From Tubulanus polymorphus (Eukaryota > Animalia > Nemertea), in the NCBI RefSeq assembly GCF_964204645.1, contig NC_134026.1, positions 20,370,150 to 20,434,149 of the forward strand: DNA of 64,000 nucleotides. The letters run 5' to 3'. The notes under the pieces were generated by a model. That model was given only the letters and a program-made list of their open reading frames with translations. It was not told the origin of the DNA and ran no database searches. Made by a program: the position numbers and the translations under genes. This document shows, piece by piece, positions 21,201-33,955 of this stretch (position 1 is its first letter; each line of letters opens with the position of its first letter).

Positions 21201-23981
21201 TGTAGAAATTGGTGTCATTATGACTAAATGTACTATATCTAATACGGAGAAGTTACCTTTCGACCCAATATTGAATAGGGCATTTACCGAAATTCATATG
21301 CACTGTTACGCAAGCGTATGTTTCAGATTACGTAAGCAAATGTAAGTGGCGGTTTATCAAAGACGCACACACGAAATTGTAGAATTTTGAGCCCACCTAC
21401 CCCATGTCCACAGATTATCCACATTGCACTAACCCCCCCTCCTTGACCATCGCACAAAATGCGAATAAGGATATCCAGTCACGCCAAATAATGTTCTTTT
21501 CGTTCACTTAACTAAACTCTGGACTACAGTTTGTTATTCCATACATAATGTGGAAAACATATATGTGAACTATTTCCCCTTCGAAGTTGAAGTAATCATG
21601 CATTATTGGTTTGTTCTGGCTTTACAGGAATTAAGGTGTGCACATCCAAATAACTCACCCTCCCACATTGTCCACAAGTCAAGTTCACAACCCCCTCAAC
21701 CTTGACAATCTTTTATGGACGGCCCCTAAAATCTGATTCAGTTTCTACAAAGATTTATCCAAAAAGTTTCCCGAAAGATTTCATCGGACATAACCTGATG
21801 ACCAATCAAGTAAATGCAATGATAATCAAAGTTAGCTAAAATGCTTTTTTTTTGTTTTTTTCTCTTGAAACAGGGACATCACCGATGACAGCATTGCTAC
21901 GCGGTTGTCATTCGAAAAAAACGACGTTCACGATAGTGGTATCAAAGCCGACCGAAAATCGAACGCCCATTTTCTAAGGAACGATAAAAACAAAACTTCC
22001 AAAAAGGTTCGCAGCAAAGTGGGACATTCGTACGTCCTAAAATCGGAAGTCGGTCCCGGTGGCCGTAATAGGCTGTTCGCTGATGATGGCGGTAACAGCG
22101 GCAACGAATTTGTGGACTTGCGTCTGAAGTTGCTAAATGACTATATTACTTTGCACGAGCCTGTGTTTAAAAAGTCGAAAAAACCGCGGACGAATTCGCG
22201 GCGCGTGTCAACCGATACTGGCGACCGAGCAAGCGACGACAAAGCCAGGGACCGATATAAGGAAAGGGTAGACGAAGAACTTACGAAATCGAAACAAAAG
22301 AAATCACCGTACAGAACGATTAGTAAGCTCGCGAAAAAGCCGTACGGCATTCAGGGGTACAATCGCTCGAAGGAGAACAAATCGAAAGTGGATCCTCAGA
22401 AATTGCGAGAGGGATTGACGACCCCCGCTACGACGTGTAAGGTATATTCGTCGAGACCGGCCGCTAAGCCGGATCCGTTGTTGTTCAAAGAACGAAGCGA
22501 AATGTGGAAGTTGCGTAACCATACCGACGAAGAGCACGTGCTTACCGAAAACGAAGCCGATATGTACATTCAAATACGCAACGTGTACAAGGACCGGTCT
22601 CTGAGCGACAAGGAACGACGGAAATTGGAGTTTCTGAAGAAGGTCGAATCGTTGCAGACGGAATGCGCCAAAGAGATGAATAATCAGTTACGTCTGAAAG
22701 AGATCAAAGAGGAAAATAAACGCCACATGCAAAACGAACAGTTGTACTTCATTCGCAAGCGTTTCTTGGAGGAGCAAGTGAAGAGGTGGCGCACGCAGTA
22801 CGTGACGGTCAAGGTTCTCCAACACGAGAAAAACGATCGATTTCTGTACGGGCTTCCGGAACTATTCGACGAGATACCGCACTATAAAACGCGCGCGAGA
22901 AAACGCCGCAAGGCCGTCGGCGCCGACTCGAAGAAAAACGCCCAACGCTACGGCCAGATGTTCGAACATAACCCTGGTCCGGTCGTATTCCGCGCGAAAA
23001 CGCCCAAAATGGAAAACTACGTGATCGTCGAAGAAAAAGACGATAAAGGTAAAAATACGTAGAACGACAAAAAATCAAGCCTTTATTAGAAATATATACA
23101 TATTTTCGAATCGTATTTTAGTAAGATATCCGCCTTTAGAAAACCTAGAAAATCTTTTAGATGCATCTTTTCTCAGGGTTCCAGATGAACATTGTTGAGG
23201 AACGATTTTTATCTCGATAAATTATTTCTAGTTAATACTCTATCCATAAAGTGTATTTCGAAAGAAGATGATTTGTGCAGTTTCACTAATGGTCGATAAA
23301 CCGGCCTACCGTATGAAGTTATGATATACTGGTCACTAGGATTCAATAGATTTTTTAAAAAGATATTTTTTATTACTGTACGTCAACGGATTAAGTATTA
23401 TTTGATGGATATTCAACGATACAAAAACGACTGTAAGACACGCGCTATATCTTTTCAGGAAATACCATAGAAAAACGTATTCGAATGAAAGATATTGTCA
23501 ACGATGCGAAAAAAGTGCTCACAATACCCACCATTAAAGGTACCATATGTATAATTAATTCGATTTGTTTTCACTAGAAGCCCGAACACGTTACCGATTT
23601 GTCTGGCGGAGAAAATTCAGCTATGGATCCATTGATATAGGCACACGCTTCTAAGCCCAACGCACCTGAGGCGGGGAAACACGGATATAGAAGACAGAAA
23701 CATGCTCCGAGCGTTTTCTTGTGTGTCGTGGTCGTTAACGTACATTTTTGTTTCCGTGTTTCCGTGCGTCTTGCGGGTTGGGCTATTGATGCATAGATTA
23801 TCAATAAATTGATTTGTTTTTTCCAGACATCGAGGAAGAGGATGCCGAGTCGACACTGTCAAAGTCAACCCGCGCGTCGCTGCGTTCGCTGGACCTTGAC
23901 GACCAAGAGGACATTTTCGAAAAAGCCAGACGTAAATATGGAATAGACGTTGAAAGCGAGTCGGACGATGATGATTATTAA
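18249..23981 (+). CDS. Uncharacterised basic, low-complexity protein with C-terminal coiled coil (multi-exon)
   Basis: Phase-consistent GT-AG exons 19648-19865, 20032-20133, 21049-21139, 21874-23048, 23459-23539 and 23827-23981 (ends DIFEKARRKYGIDVESESDDDDY*). A probable upstream exon at about 18249-18485 (MTAKLEGPFLPKL...) joins in frame only if one A is removed from the A7 run at 18431-18437, so the 5' end is uncertain. No recognisable domain. Confidence 0.7.
18454..19003. repeat. 79-bp tandem repeat, 7 copies
   Basis: Units start at 18454, 18533, 18612, 18691, 18770, 18849 and 18928 (gatcttgatgaatttcttctacatttaacaaggtaac...cgtaagttagcga), with few substitutions between them. Confidence 0.95.
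19175..19470 (+). repeat. Dispersed repeat, copy 1 (related copy at 60721-61025)
   Basis: Shared colinear blocks tgacgccgtaaaaaccgt, tcatcaatattggcgtttcaaaataac, tgcact.cgtc.tcaata.atcgg and tagactggt. Confidence 0.75.
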
Positions 23982-25824
23982 AAAGCGGCGGTTCACGCGA
24001 TTCGAGGCCCGGTTTTACTTCAAAAATCTCAACCAATGCTTGCATACAATGATGTCTATCGTAATTCTAATACTTTTCTTACTTAACCTATTAGCCCTAA
24101 GCCACCCACCCGCCCTGACTATTACTTCTCGAACCCCAGGAATCCATCCTGACACGTCTTCGTCAGCTACACTATTAAAATGATGGGATTCGAACTCATT
24201 AGTTTAGGATCACGATTTTGGTGGCCAACCTCATCGAATCCTATATCATATGAAAGCGTAGTGTGTTTACAACAAAATAACACAAAATATAGTGATACAT
24301 GAATATAAACTGGAAACAAGCTATTCTGTATCATGATAAGTGAGGAGTAATGGACGCTATACATTACAATTCCCGAATGCAAATGGTTTTACAGGGCGTA
24401 TACATACATGTATTTCATACTGGTTGAAAGACTGGGCCCAGTTGCACATGCACAGTCATAACTGAGGTGCAAAAACGGTTTTCCTGCGAGAGACACCAAT
24501 TTTCTTAAACTGTGCAACTGGAGAACTCTAGCACTGGGATCAGTGTTCGTGTATTGCGGGTAATTCTTTACTTAAGAATTGAATATAACTAGCAATTACA
24601 GGAACAATATCTTAGTCCGATCAGTTTATAGTTCGGCCAGATTTGCATTTCTTACCTCCCAACGACGACAAATTGTTCATTCGTGATCAACAACGCTTAA
24701 ATAGTGATCCTGCGAATGTGTTATTCATTGGCGTTATTTGTTACTTCATGTATCAAAATCATCGAATGAATGACGAATCTTCCGTATTGAAAAGAAAAAA
24801 CATATAAAAAAACAACATAAAAACACGTGTCGTATATTCAATCCGTTATTCTTTTGATGTAAATGTAGTTGTTAATTCAATAAATTATACTTTTATTAGT
24901 AGTTGTTGACTTATCTTTTGAACGTTTCATAGTGATTTAGAAACCGCAGTGAAAGTTTCGCTGAGAAACATAGTGTCAGTGGTATCGCTATCGCGAGCTC
25001 TTAGTACACGCAGTATACGGAGCCCCGCGAACCGGCCACTCTCAGAAGTGGGTGGAAGTCAAGTCGGTCGGTTATAACGCCATCCTGTTTAATACCACTG
25101 TTCATTTAATGCCAACACTTTTTAGAGCATATATTTGCTCAATCTTACGCAAATGTATAATGGAACATGATGGACATGCCATTCTTTAAAGCGCCAATAT
25201 GGCATTTATCTGAGTGTTATTGCGCATAAAAACACCCGCCTATGATAAGGCTTGCAAGACATCACCATTCACAGGTTACACACCAAAACTGTGACAGATT
25301 AAGCAATCTTTAATTTAGGTTTACGAATTCAGTTTGAGTAGGCGTAGTAAATGGGTTAACTTGATTTAGGATATGCGAAGTTTTATCGCGGTTGTTACAA
25401 ATCCGCAAACACTATTTGTGACACGACAATCACGCCGTATGATTTTCATTTTATTGACTTAAGATAAAAGAAAGCTAGTGCCAAGATAACATCATTCTTA
25501 TCAAAAAGGTCATTACGTAGTTCGACTTATTTGTGGCAAGTGCACAAGAAATGTTCTTCTTTTCAACTTCGTTCCATTTTGCATAACACGTATTCTTTAT
25601 TCAATTGGCAAAATTACGGCAGCGACCTTTTCTTTTTCTAAGGGGATGTACCCTCGAATCTCTTAACCATACTTTTTGGGAGCAATGTGTGCAATTTAGA
25701 GTAATTTTTTGTTCCGAATCATTGCTTAAGTGTTATACAAGCACGGTGTTCTGATGCAAAGAGCTATTTTTTTCTAGAACCGGGTATTCCTGGGCACAAT
25801 CATGGTAATGATAATGTTATTTAC

Positions 25825-25992
25825 ATAGCCTATAACTCTAATAACCATTTATCAGTCATCTCTACCTGGGGAGAGGTACCATCCTAGCAAGTACTAGACG
25901 CTGAGGAATCATCTATCAGGCCAGATACCCATTGTATCCTGGTCGGAGAGAGGCAATGAGGATAAGGGTCGTGCCTGAGGACAAGTGCGCTA
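25825..25992 (-). mobile_element. SINE fragment with conserved-core-like body
   Basis: Minus strand reads ttgtcctcaggcacgacccttatcctcattgcctctctccgaccaggatacaatgggtatctgg. This resembles the widespread invertebrate SINE core gtgtccttgggcaagacactt...ctccacccaggtgtaaatgggtacc. Confidence 0.5.
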
Positions 25993-26697
25993 ATGTAACC
26001 ATCAAATTCAATAAAAATAAAAACGGACTTATTGATTCGATTATTGTTGAAACGATTTGAAAATGTACAGAATGCACCGTTATATAAGCGGCATATTTAT
26101 CGCGACTCACATGTCGACGTATTTGACATACTATAGCAATTTGGAATACATTTTTGTTTATGCATAATTCATTCGATGAGGTCAGATTATGATATACACG
26201 TAGTACGCCTTTGTGCTTTTTTCAACTATATAGGGCCTACCTTTCGCTAAAATCGTCGATCGCGTACCAGTTAAGAAACAAAAACAGGTTTGATGAAATT
26301 AGGATATCAAATAACCATTCGAAAGGTAAAGTAAGCGCTGATAGCGTCGTAAACGGCACAAAGATGTATCAAAATCGTGTCACCACGATAAAGAATGAAT
26401 GGTAGATTTATGCAGGTGAGTTCGTGCATACTCCGATATTCCAGAGATCTCTTTCACAGAATGACTAAGCTGCGTCAGTTTAACTATTATGAAATGAAGT
26501 TTCGTCAGTATGACTATTATGAGATAAGTCGAGAAAATACGCAATATTTGTACTGGCGTATTGATATTAAGACATTCTGTGAAACAGTAGGGCCAATGAT
26601 AAAAAAGTGAAATCATCAGTTGACACGGTTGCATTCAGAAATGAACTAACATATCATATGCCATTAAACAAATGTTTTTAGAATTAAAACGGAAACA

Positions 26698-28239
26698 ATG
26701 TGGTCGCTATGGTTTTTGCTGTTCGCGGGGATTTGTGCAGGGAAGAGAATATTGGTGTTGGCACCCTGGATGAGCGGTCAACTGTCCGAAGCATCCGGCA
26801 TCTGCGACGCATTGATAGAAAACGGTCACGAAGTTTACGTCGTTACCGAAGAACACGCGAAATACCCGAAACAGCTGAAACACGTCTTCGGCCTGAAATA
26901 CCTACATTTTCGTTCACCGGATCGGAAAATCCTAGCAGCAGAAACAATGGATAACGAATTAAGCAAGTCGATATTTGGCGACGCTGACCATGATTCGCTG
27001 CTGACAAACTTGGCTGAATTGACTAGTTATTTCGGCGAAAGTCTTCTGAATGACACTGATTTAATGAAAACGGTCAAGGAGCTCAACTTCGATTTTGCTC
27101 TTTTCGACTCGTTCATCCCATTCCTAGGCATCATCCCGTACGTTGCCGATATCAAATACGCGTCCTGGTCTCCATTTTTGACGCCGTTCCGGATGAATTT
27201 GCCGCTTTTGACCGGTTTCGAGCCTTGTAATCTGCGCGGAGATCGAAATACCTTTTTCAACCGCTTAAAACACGTACATCGTACCATGCGCTTTAATTTT
27301 ATGTCATTTCAAATGACACCAGAGGGAAAATACCTAAAATGGATTCGGAATAATTACCCTTCACGCGCGCTAAAAAGGTCGATATCCGAAGTTATTTCTA
27401 ACTCCGCCTTTTTCATATTGTCCACGAGCAACCTACTCGATTGTCCGGCACCGTCGAAGCCAAACATAGTATACGCAGGCGGACTGAGTGTCCATCCATC
27501 GAAACCATTATCTGGAAAATTTGAAGAAATAGTTGATTCAGCCAATGATGGAATAATTGTCTTCACGCTCGGTTCCATGGTTTCGCAGATGCCAAATAAC
27601 GTGCTAGAAAAATTCATCGTAGCCTTCAAAGAAGTAAAGCAGATAGTTCTCTGGAGGCTGACTCTCACAGGGCTGCACAAAAATATCGCCATCCCGTCTA
27701 ATGTGCACATCGTGGACTGGTTACCGCAAAACGATTTGTTGGGCAACCCCAAAACTCGCATCTTTATAACCCACGCCGGCGCAAACAGCCAGGCAGAGGC
27801 TATATACCACGGTGTACCTGTCGTTTGTTTTCCCTTACTCGATAACGACCAAGCATACAATTCGAAGAAGTTCGCCTCGCGTGGATTTGGTTTGGAGTTG
27901 AAAATCCGAACGTTCGAACCCGACGAGCTTTTAGCAGCCGTTAACGAAATTCTAACGAACCGAAAATATAAGAACAATATTATGAAGTCGTCGAAAATAT
28001 TCAAATCGAGTGGACCGTCTTCAAAACGCGTGGCTGAAATGATCGAACACGTTTTAGAATTCGGCGAGGAGCATCTAAAAACGGCCGGGGATCAGATGGA
28101 ATGGTATCAATTTTATATGATTGATGTATTCCTTTTCGTGTTTGTGACCGGATTTACGTGTCTATACATGTCTTATCGGATCGCTAAGTCGATCTCCAGG
28201 TACTGTTTATGTAGCAAGAAAAAAACACAAACAAATTGA
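26698..28239 (+). CDS. UDP-glycosyltransferase (GT1, animal UGT), single coding exon, 513 aa
   Basis: Signal peptide, GHEV motif, UGT signature WLPQNDLLGNPKTRIFITHAGANSQAEAIYHGVPVVCFP..DQ, C-terminal TM helix and KKKTQTN tail. A splice acceptor lies just upstream of the ATG. Confidence 0.95.
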   Translation: MWSLWFLLFAGICAGKRILVLAPWMSGQLSEASGICDALIENGHEVYVVTEEHAKYPKQLKHVFGLKYLHFRSPDRKILAAETMDNELSKSIFGDADHDSLLTNLAELTSYFGESLLNDTDLMKTVKELNFDFALFDSFIPFLGIIPYVADIKYASWSPFLTPFRMNLPLLTGFEPCNLRGDRNTFFNRLKHVHRTMRFNFMSFQMTPEGKYLKWIRNNYPSRALKRSISEVISNSAFFILSTSNLLDCPAPSKPNIVYAGGLSVHPSKPLSGKFEEIVDSANDGIIVFTLGSMVSQMPNNVLEKFIVAFKEVKQIVLWRLTLTGLHKNIAIPSNVHIVDWLPQNDLLGNPKTRIFITHAGANSQAEAIYHGVPVVCFPLLDNDQAYNSKKFASRGFGLELKIRTFEPDELLAAVNEILTNRKYKNNIMKSSKIFKSSGPSSKRVAEMIEHVLEFGEEHLKTAGDQMEWYQFYMIDVFLFVFVTGFTCLYMSYRIAKSISRYCLCSKKKTQTN

Positions 28240-28612
28240 AGAAGCAGCAATGTTGGGATAATATATGAAATTGATAGGTTAATATATGAATGACGGGTGT
28301 TCATCGAAACTTTTGGATTTTTTTCTGTGGATTGGATTAAATTCTAATCAGTTTTGTTGATTAATTGCGATAGGGCGATATATGTAATAGAATATTAACT
28401 GGATACTTGCTATCCTTAAGATAAAAACACTAAGTGACTGGCTAACGCGGATGGTCGAGTATCAATTCCAGTTGAAGATTGGCACGAATTGAAAATCATG
28501 CTTAGTTCACAGAAGAATCAATTAACTAATGCCGCCGCAAGTCCGTACATCGTGTTTTTTTAAAATGTGCACTTCATAATCATAATCTATATAAGGTAAT
28601 TTCCCATCCATA

Positions 28613-28857
28613 TCGAAAATATTCAAATCCATCGGGTCGTCGTCGAAGCGCGTGGCTGAAATAGTGGATCACGTTTTAGAATTCGGCGTAGAACATCTAA
28701 AAACGGCCGGGGATCAGATGGATTGGTATCAGTTTTATATGATTGATAGATTCTTTTTTGTGTTTGTGACCGGATCTATATTGCTGTACGTGTCGTTTTT
28801 TGACTGCTTTAAAAACTTTGAGATACTGTTTCTGTAGCAGGGAAAATAAACACAAAA
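28613..28857 (+). pseudogene. UGT 3' fragment (last ~80 codons, frameshifted)
   Basis: SKIFKSIGSSSKRVAEIVDHVLEFGVEHLKTAGDQMDWYQFYMID matches the C-termini of the neighbouring UGTs. No upstream coding sequence, and the frame is lost after the TM segment. Confidence 0.85.
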
Positions 28858-29579
28858 TATGCTGATATTTGAACTATATGATGAAATGAATTAAAACAAA
28901 GGGGCTAGTTTAAATAGACTGGTATTATCTTACCGAGAGTTTACTCAATTGAAAATATCTTGCGCCAGCCCTCGGGTTAATACCAGTCTATAACCGGACC
29001 CAGATTTTCAATATTTATTTTCAATTGTTCCTTATACTTTATGGCTCAAGTAGGGTATTGCATAGTATAGTTCCTTCACGTATGCTTACTGCGTTGTTCG
29101 GTTTATGTGTATCCCAAAGAAAATTGTCATATCGACACATTCACATCGCCAGCCATTAACATTCCATGTGTCAACGTGTCGACGTATCTACCAACCAACA
29201 AATTAACTATTAACGATCTATTAATTAACCTCATACACCAAATACACCACGTGACCAAACACATGATAAACCCCATACTTAAAATATAAATTGCTTTTCT
29301 ATTTTTCTTTAGTCAATTCCAGTTCTCTGATATTGATTTCAACACGGTTAAGCCTTCAAAATCACAGGAGATTCATTATTTATTTTCAGCACTGTCAACG
29401 TGAGATGCTTCTCCAAAAAACAAACGTGGGGACGGTGAAATATGGCATTGTTCACATTGCTACAGAACGACGTCGATACGTGACGGCTTTTTTTCAAAAT
29501 CAAAAATGAAACTTTCGCAGCTGATGCTTACAGTTTACTGTTTCGGTTCAGATTTACTTCTCTTGTTTGTTTGTGTTTT

Positions 29580-29875
29580 GTGGTCAACCAGTCAACCCAC
29601 GATCCTTGTACATACATTGGCGACAACATTGCGACGTGTCGTCCGTCGACCGTCAACCAACGGATGATATAGGTCTATGCACTCTACCGTCTCTCATTTT
29701 TGTCACCACGATCCTTGTACATAGATTGGCGACAACATTGCATCGTGTCATCCGTCGACCGCCAATCAGCGGGTGAGATATGCACTCTATCGTCTCTCCA
29801 ATGGGCCAACCAACAAACAACCAACAGTAGTCAACTGTCACTAGTCGTCGGTCAACCTGTACATGAACTGTTCCT
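29580..29875. repeat. Degenerate tandem repeat, unit about 110 bp, 2-3 copies
   Basis: ccacgatccttgtacata.attggcgacaacattgc..cgtgtc.tccgtcgaccg.caa occurs at about 29597 and 29706, and tgcactcta.cgtctc recurs. Confidence 0.7.
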
Positions 29876-30220
29876 TTGCCGCGCATTTATACCCAATTAT
29901 CAATGTATTCATGCGCCAATGTATTAATGCGCTGATAAATTACCGCACAACTTATTAACTCTACGCCAAGGCACTATACTATGCTATATCCGACTTGGGC
30001 CTACTTTATTACGTTTTCTACGTATGCACCACCAGTCAGTAAAATGAACAATGTTAGTATACCAGGAATAAATTAAGATATGTCTCAAAATAATCCAATG
30101 GCATCAGCAGGTTGCCAAAGTATATTTGACAGTCGAACTTTTCCGAGACCTAGCTGTAGGTCGGTGGGGTTTATACGTGTATATATTATACGAATTCGTT
30201 TGACTATGCTCGATAATAAC

Positions 30221-30389
30221 GTGGAACCTCGTTATAACGACGTCGCATATAACGATTTATCGGTCATTACAAACCTAGATTTCATACCAAATACGACAAA
30301 TTTATATCGGATGAAACGAACCGTTCGTTAAAAGTTATAACGAATTCATTTCCGGGTGCTTTGACGTTCGTTGTTAACGAGGTCCACTG
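30221..30389. mobile_element. Tc1/mariner-pogo MITE (same family as 2182-2339)
   Basis: Inverted ends gtggaacctcgttataacga ... cgttgttaacgaggtccactg. Confidence 0.65.
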
Positions 30390-30649
30390 AAATAGTTCTT
30401 TTCATCTTGCAAAAATAGAATATTGCCTGCGCGTCCACCTGAAATATAAAATGACATTAGAATGACGAAGCCAGGTTACTTCTTGAGACCAAATTCCCAC
30501 GGTTCAATGTCGTGATGAGCAATAGGTATTACGCTGTCAAAATGAGTTTCTGAATTTCTTGACTCCCAATATTATCACAGCTCCCACCAAATATACAATA
30601 CTTTCATTCGTCTATTAGGATAACTACGGATGATAACTGCTTAGTTTAC

Positions 30650-30791
30650 ATTGATAATTGATTCATTTAAAAAAAAGTTCACTCAGATTAAGTTGAAATG
30701 TTCAAGGAAATCGCACGCAGAAGACCAACTCTCTACTAATGAACCTGGTGGTTCCTCGCCTGCCATACGTGGAATCCTCGATTGCCACAGT
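30650..30791 (+). repeat. Dispersed repeat fragment (related copy at 51801-51942)
   Basis: gaacctgg.gg.tcctcgcctgccata.gtggaatcctcgattgccacag is shared almost exactly with 51893-51942, and the upstream taattgattcatt block is also shared. Confidence 0.75.
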
Positions 30792-31007
30792 AGCGGCGCG
30801 GGTACCCCTTTGTTTTAGCATTTAATTCGTTCATATTGAATCAGAATACCAGTATATCAATTATTATTGGAATACCATATGATTCATTCGATCCAAATTC
30901 GAACCGCAAAAATTGATCAAGTAATTATTTGAAATCCTATAGATAGCAAACGACCAAAATAGTAGACTTCACCTTTACGTGAATGCACGTTATCTTTGTT
31001 CAAATTT

Positions 31008-31383
31008 CAGGGGCAGGTCTAGGGTTTAATTAAGGAGGGGAGCAGGTAAAGTTAGGGCACATTTTGACGAATAAGGGCACTCAAAGAGCGTAACATTCGC
31101 ACCGCATTTCTAAATTTGATGCAATTTTAAAGCTATCTGGGCTTTTCTGGGAGCCTTTGCGAATCCTGTATAAAGTAGCCAAAGATAAGAGTCGAAAAGG
31201 AAGAGTGGTCTAGGCCCCCCTCCCGAAAGTCACCAGAAAACATCAACTATATTTTTGAAACACCCAATTACGGATGGTTTAGTTTTATGTAAAATTTTAC
31301 TGAAATAAAAAAAATAAAAAATTTTTTAGGGCACCTTGAAATTTTGAGAGAACGCTCCCCCTGCTCCCTTAAATCCGCCCCTG
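31008..31383. mobile_element. Non-autonomous DNA transposon (MITE)
   Basis: Inverted termini caggggcaggtctaggg ... ccttaaatccgcccctg with subterminal gggca/tgccc-type motifs. Confidence 0.6.
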
Positions 31384-32410
31384 AATTTTGTTCAGAATAG
31401 ATTACACATGATATAGAATTGACGATACATATAACCTGCTTTTTGGTTTGCCTTTGAACTCCTGTTGCGATATGACCGACCTAAGCGAGCTCAAAATAGA
31501 GACACTGATCATAGACGACGTTATTAAACGCGCTTGCGAGCCTCAGCAAAACAGATAAAATAGCGCGCACGTCAAAAACAAGTACCGGATTAAAGGTGAA
31601 AGGTCGGTAAGCGTGTCGGTGCCTGGTTAAGCGCGTTCGATTTTACGCGAACATCACAAACACACACCGATACGACTAGAGGGTAAGAATATTCTTTCTA
31701 TAATACAGTTAGTAGAAACAGTTATTTTTAGTCGTAGTACCCACTGACGTATATATGTATTATGCATATTTTACTTATATCACCGTCCTCGCAAACGGCA
31801 ATTTCCTTAAAAACTAAGTAGGTTCGCCTTGTGTTATTAGGTTTGAACATTTTCTTTTCCGAACTGGGCTTAATTGAACTATTGAACTTTCCCGTGGTAT
31901 TTTGATAAAAGGCCCTCAGCGTAGTGCGATATCGGAATGTTAGCAATACACCCGATAGACTATAATACATTATGTAAAAATATAATCACCCTAACCTTGA
32001 TCGGGCTTTCACATTAACGGAACTGTCAGTTGATTACATCCATTGATGACAATCTAGGGTTTCGCGATGATCCGCTATAGGGTCACAGTTAGTAAGTCGT
32101 TTTCTTCTACAGTTCAATTGAAATCGAACCAACCGTTCTCCTAAGTGAATCGACTATCAACTCGAAGTAAAAAGTCTGAAACCTACATCTAGTATTTGGT
32201 GCCTAATTATCGAATCCACAAGTCGCTGGAAATGAAATCAATTTTACTACAAACACACTTCGTTAAGCGGTCAGCTGATCGTGTTTACTGACTAAATAGT
32301 GGCCTTCTATATCATAGGGATATGGATATTATATATGAATATATCGCAAAACCGTATAGGATAATAGAAGTTTGTTCTATGTATTTCAGGTTAACATTAA
32401 GTAATTGACG

Positions 32411-33955
32411 ATGAAGTTTTGGGCGTTTGGATTACTTCTGTGGGCCAGCATTTCCACAGGGAAGAGAATAATCGTGTTTTCGCCCTTGATGAGCGGCCAA
32501 CTCGGAGAAGCTTCCGGTATATGCGACGCTTTGATTAAGAGCGGCCACGAAGTTTACATCGTTACCGAAGAACACGTTAAGTACCCGAGACAACTGAAGC
32601 ACGTCACCGGCCTGAAATATCTACACTTTCGTTCGCCGGTTAAAGAAACGCTGGCCCCGAAAACACTCGAAAATAAATTGGCCGAGTTCATATTCGAAGA
32701 AATCGATTTGATAACGTTTATGAAAAAAATGGACATTCAATCGTTCACGAATTACTTCGGAGAATGCCTACTCAACGACACCCATCTGCTGAAAAACATA
32801 AGGCAACTCAATTTTGATTTCGCTATATTTGATTCGTTCATGCCATTTCTAGGAATCATCCCGTATATAGCCGATATTCCGTACGCTTCGTGGTCTCCGC
32901 TTACGACACCGTTTAGGATGAATTTACCGCCGCTGACCGGTTTCGAGCCGTGCGATCTGTACGGAGATAGAAACACGTTTTTCAACCGTATCAAGCACCT
33001 TTTTCAGGCCTTGTTCTTTCAGAATATTCCGTACTTCATGACGAATGAAGCTAGATTCGTCAAATGGATTCAGGATAATCACCCTTCACACGCGCTGAAA
33101 AGATCGCTTACCGAAATCGTGTCCAATTCGAAGTTTTTCATATTGGCCACAAACAATTTACTCGATTGTCCTGCGCCATTAAACCCGGATATAGTATACG
33201 CAGGCGGATTGTCCGTCCATCCACCGAAACCATTATCAAAAGAAGTTGAAAAAATAGTTCAAGCGGCCAATGATGGAATTATTGTATTCACACTCGGGTC
33301 GACTGTTTCAAAGATGCCGAACAACGTCCTTGTCAAATTTATTGACGCCTTCAAAAAAGTGAAGCAGACAGTTCTTTGGAGGTTGACTCTTAGTGAAGAT
33401 CAGAAAGACATAGTTTTTCCATCAAACGTGAAGATCATGGAGTGGTTACCGCAAAACGATTTATTGGGTAACCCAAAAACGCGCTTATTCATAACTCATA
33501 GCGGTGCAAACGGTCAGGCAGAAGCTTTATATCACGGAGTTCCTGTCATCGGGTTTCCCATACACGCGGACCAGATTTACAACGCAAAAAAGTTCGCCAT
33601 GCGCGGATACGGATTGGAGTTGAACATTCGCAAGTTCGAATCCGACGAGCTTCTACGAGCTATACACGAGATATTATCCAATCCGAAATACAAGAACAAA
33701 ATTGAATGGTCTTCGAAGATTTTCAAATCGGGCGGATTGGCCTCGAAAAATGTGGCTGAAATGGTCGATCACGTTTTAGAATTCGGCGTAGAACATCTAA
33801 AAACGGCCGGGGATCAGATGGAGTGGTATCAGTTTTATATGATTGATATGTTCCTTTTTGTCGTTGTAACCGGATTGCTTTGTCTCTACGCGTCGTATCG
33901 CATCGCTAGGAGGTGTTTAGGATACTGCTTTAGTAGCAAAAAGAAAACAGAATAA
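32411..33955 (+). CDS. UDP-glycosyltransferase (GT1, animal UGT), single coding exon, 514 aa
   Basis: ATG at 32411 follows the acceptor tttcag at 32389. Signal peptide, signature WLPQNDLLGNPKTRLFITHSGANGQAEALYHGVPVIGFPIHADQ, TM helix and dilysine KKKTE. Confidence 0.95.
   Translation: MKFWAFGLLLWASISTGKRIIVFSPLMSGQLGEASGICDALIKSGHEVYIVTEEHVKYPRQLKHVTGLKYLHFRSPVKETLAPKTLENKLAEFIFEEIDLITFMKKMDIQSFTNYFGECLLNDTHLLKNIRQLNFDFAIFDSFMPFLGIIPYIADIPYASWSPLTTPFRMNLPPLTGFEPCDLYGDRNTFFNRIKHLFQALFFQNIPYFMTNEARFVKWIQDNHPSHALKRSLTEIVSNSKFFILATNNLLDCPAPLNPDIVYAGGLSVHPPKPLSKEVEKIVQAANDGIIVFTLGSTVSKMPNNVLVKFIDAFKKVKQTVLWRLTLSEDQKDIVFPSNVKIMEWLPQNDLLGNPKTRLFITHSGANGQAEALYHGVPVIGFPIHADQIYNAKKFAMRGYGLELNIRKFESDELLRAIHEILSNPKYKNKIEWSSKIFKSGGLASKNVAEMVDHVLEFGVEHLKTAGDQMEWYQFYMIDMFLFVVVTGLLCLYASYRIARRCLGYCFSSKKKTE

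Noticed and set aside
27354-28004. 216-aa antisense ORF and other ORFs opposite the UGT, CYP26 and ApeC exons
   Set aside because: Shadow ORFs of real coding sequence with no independent motifs.
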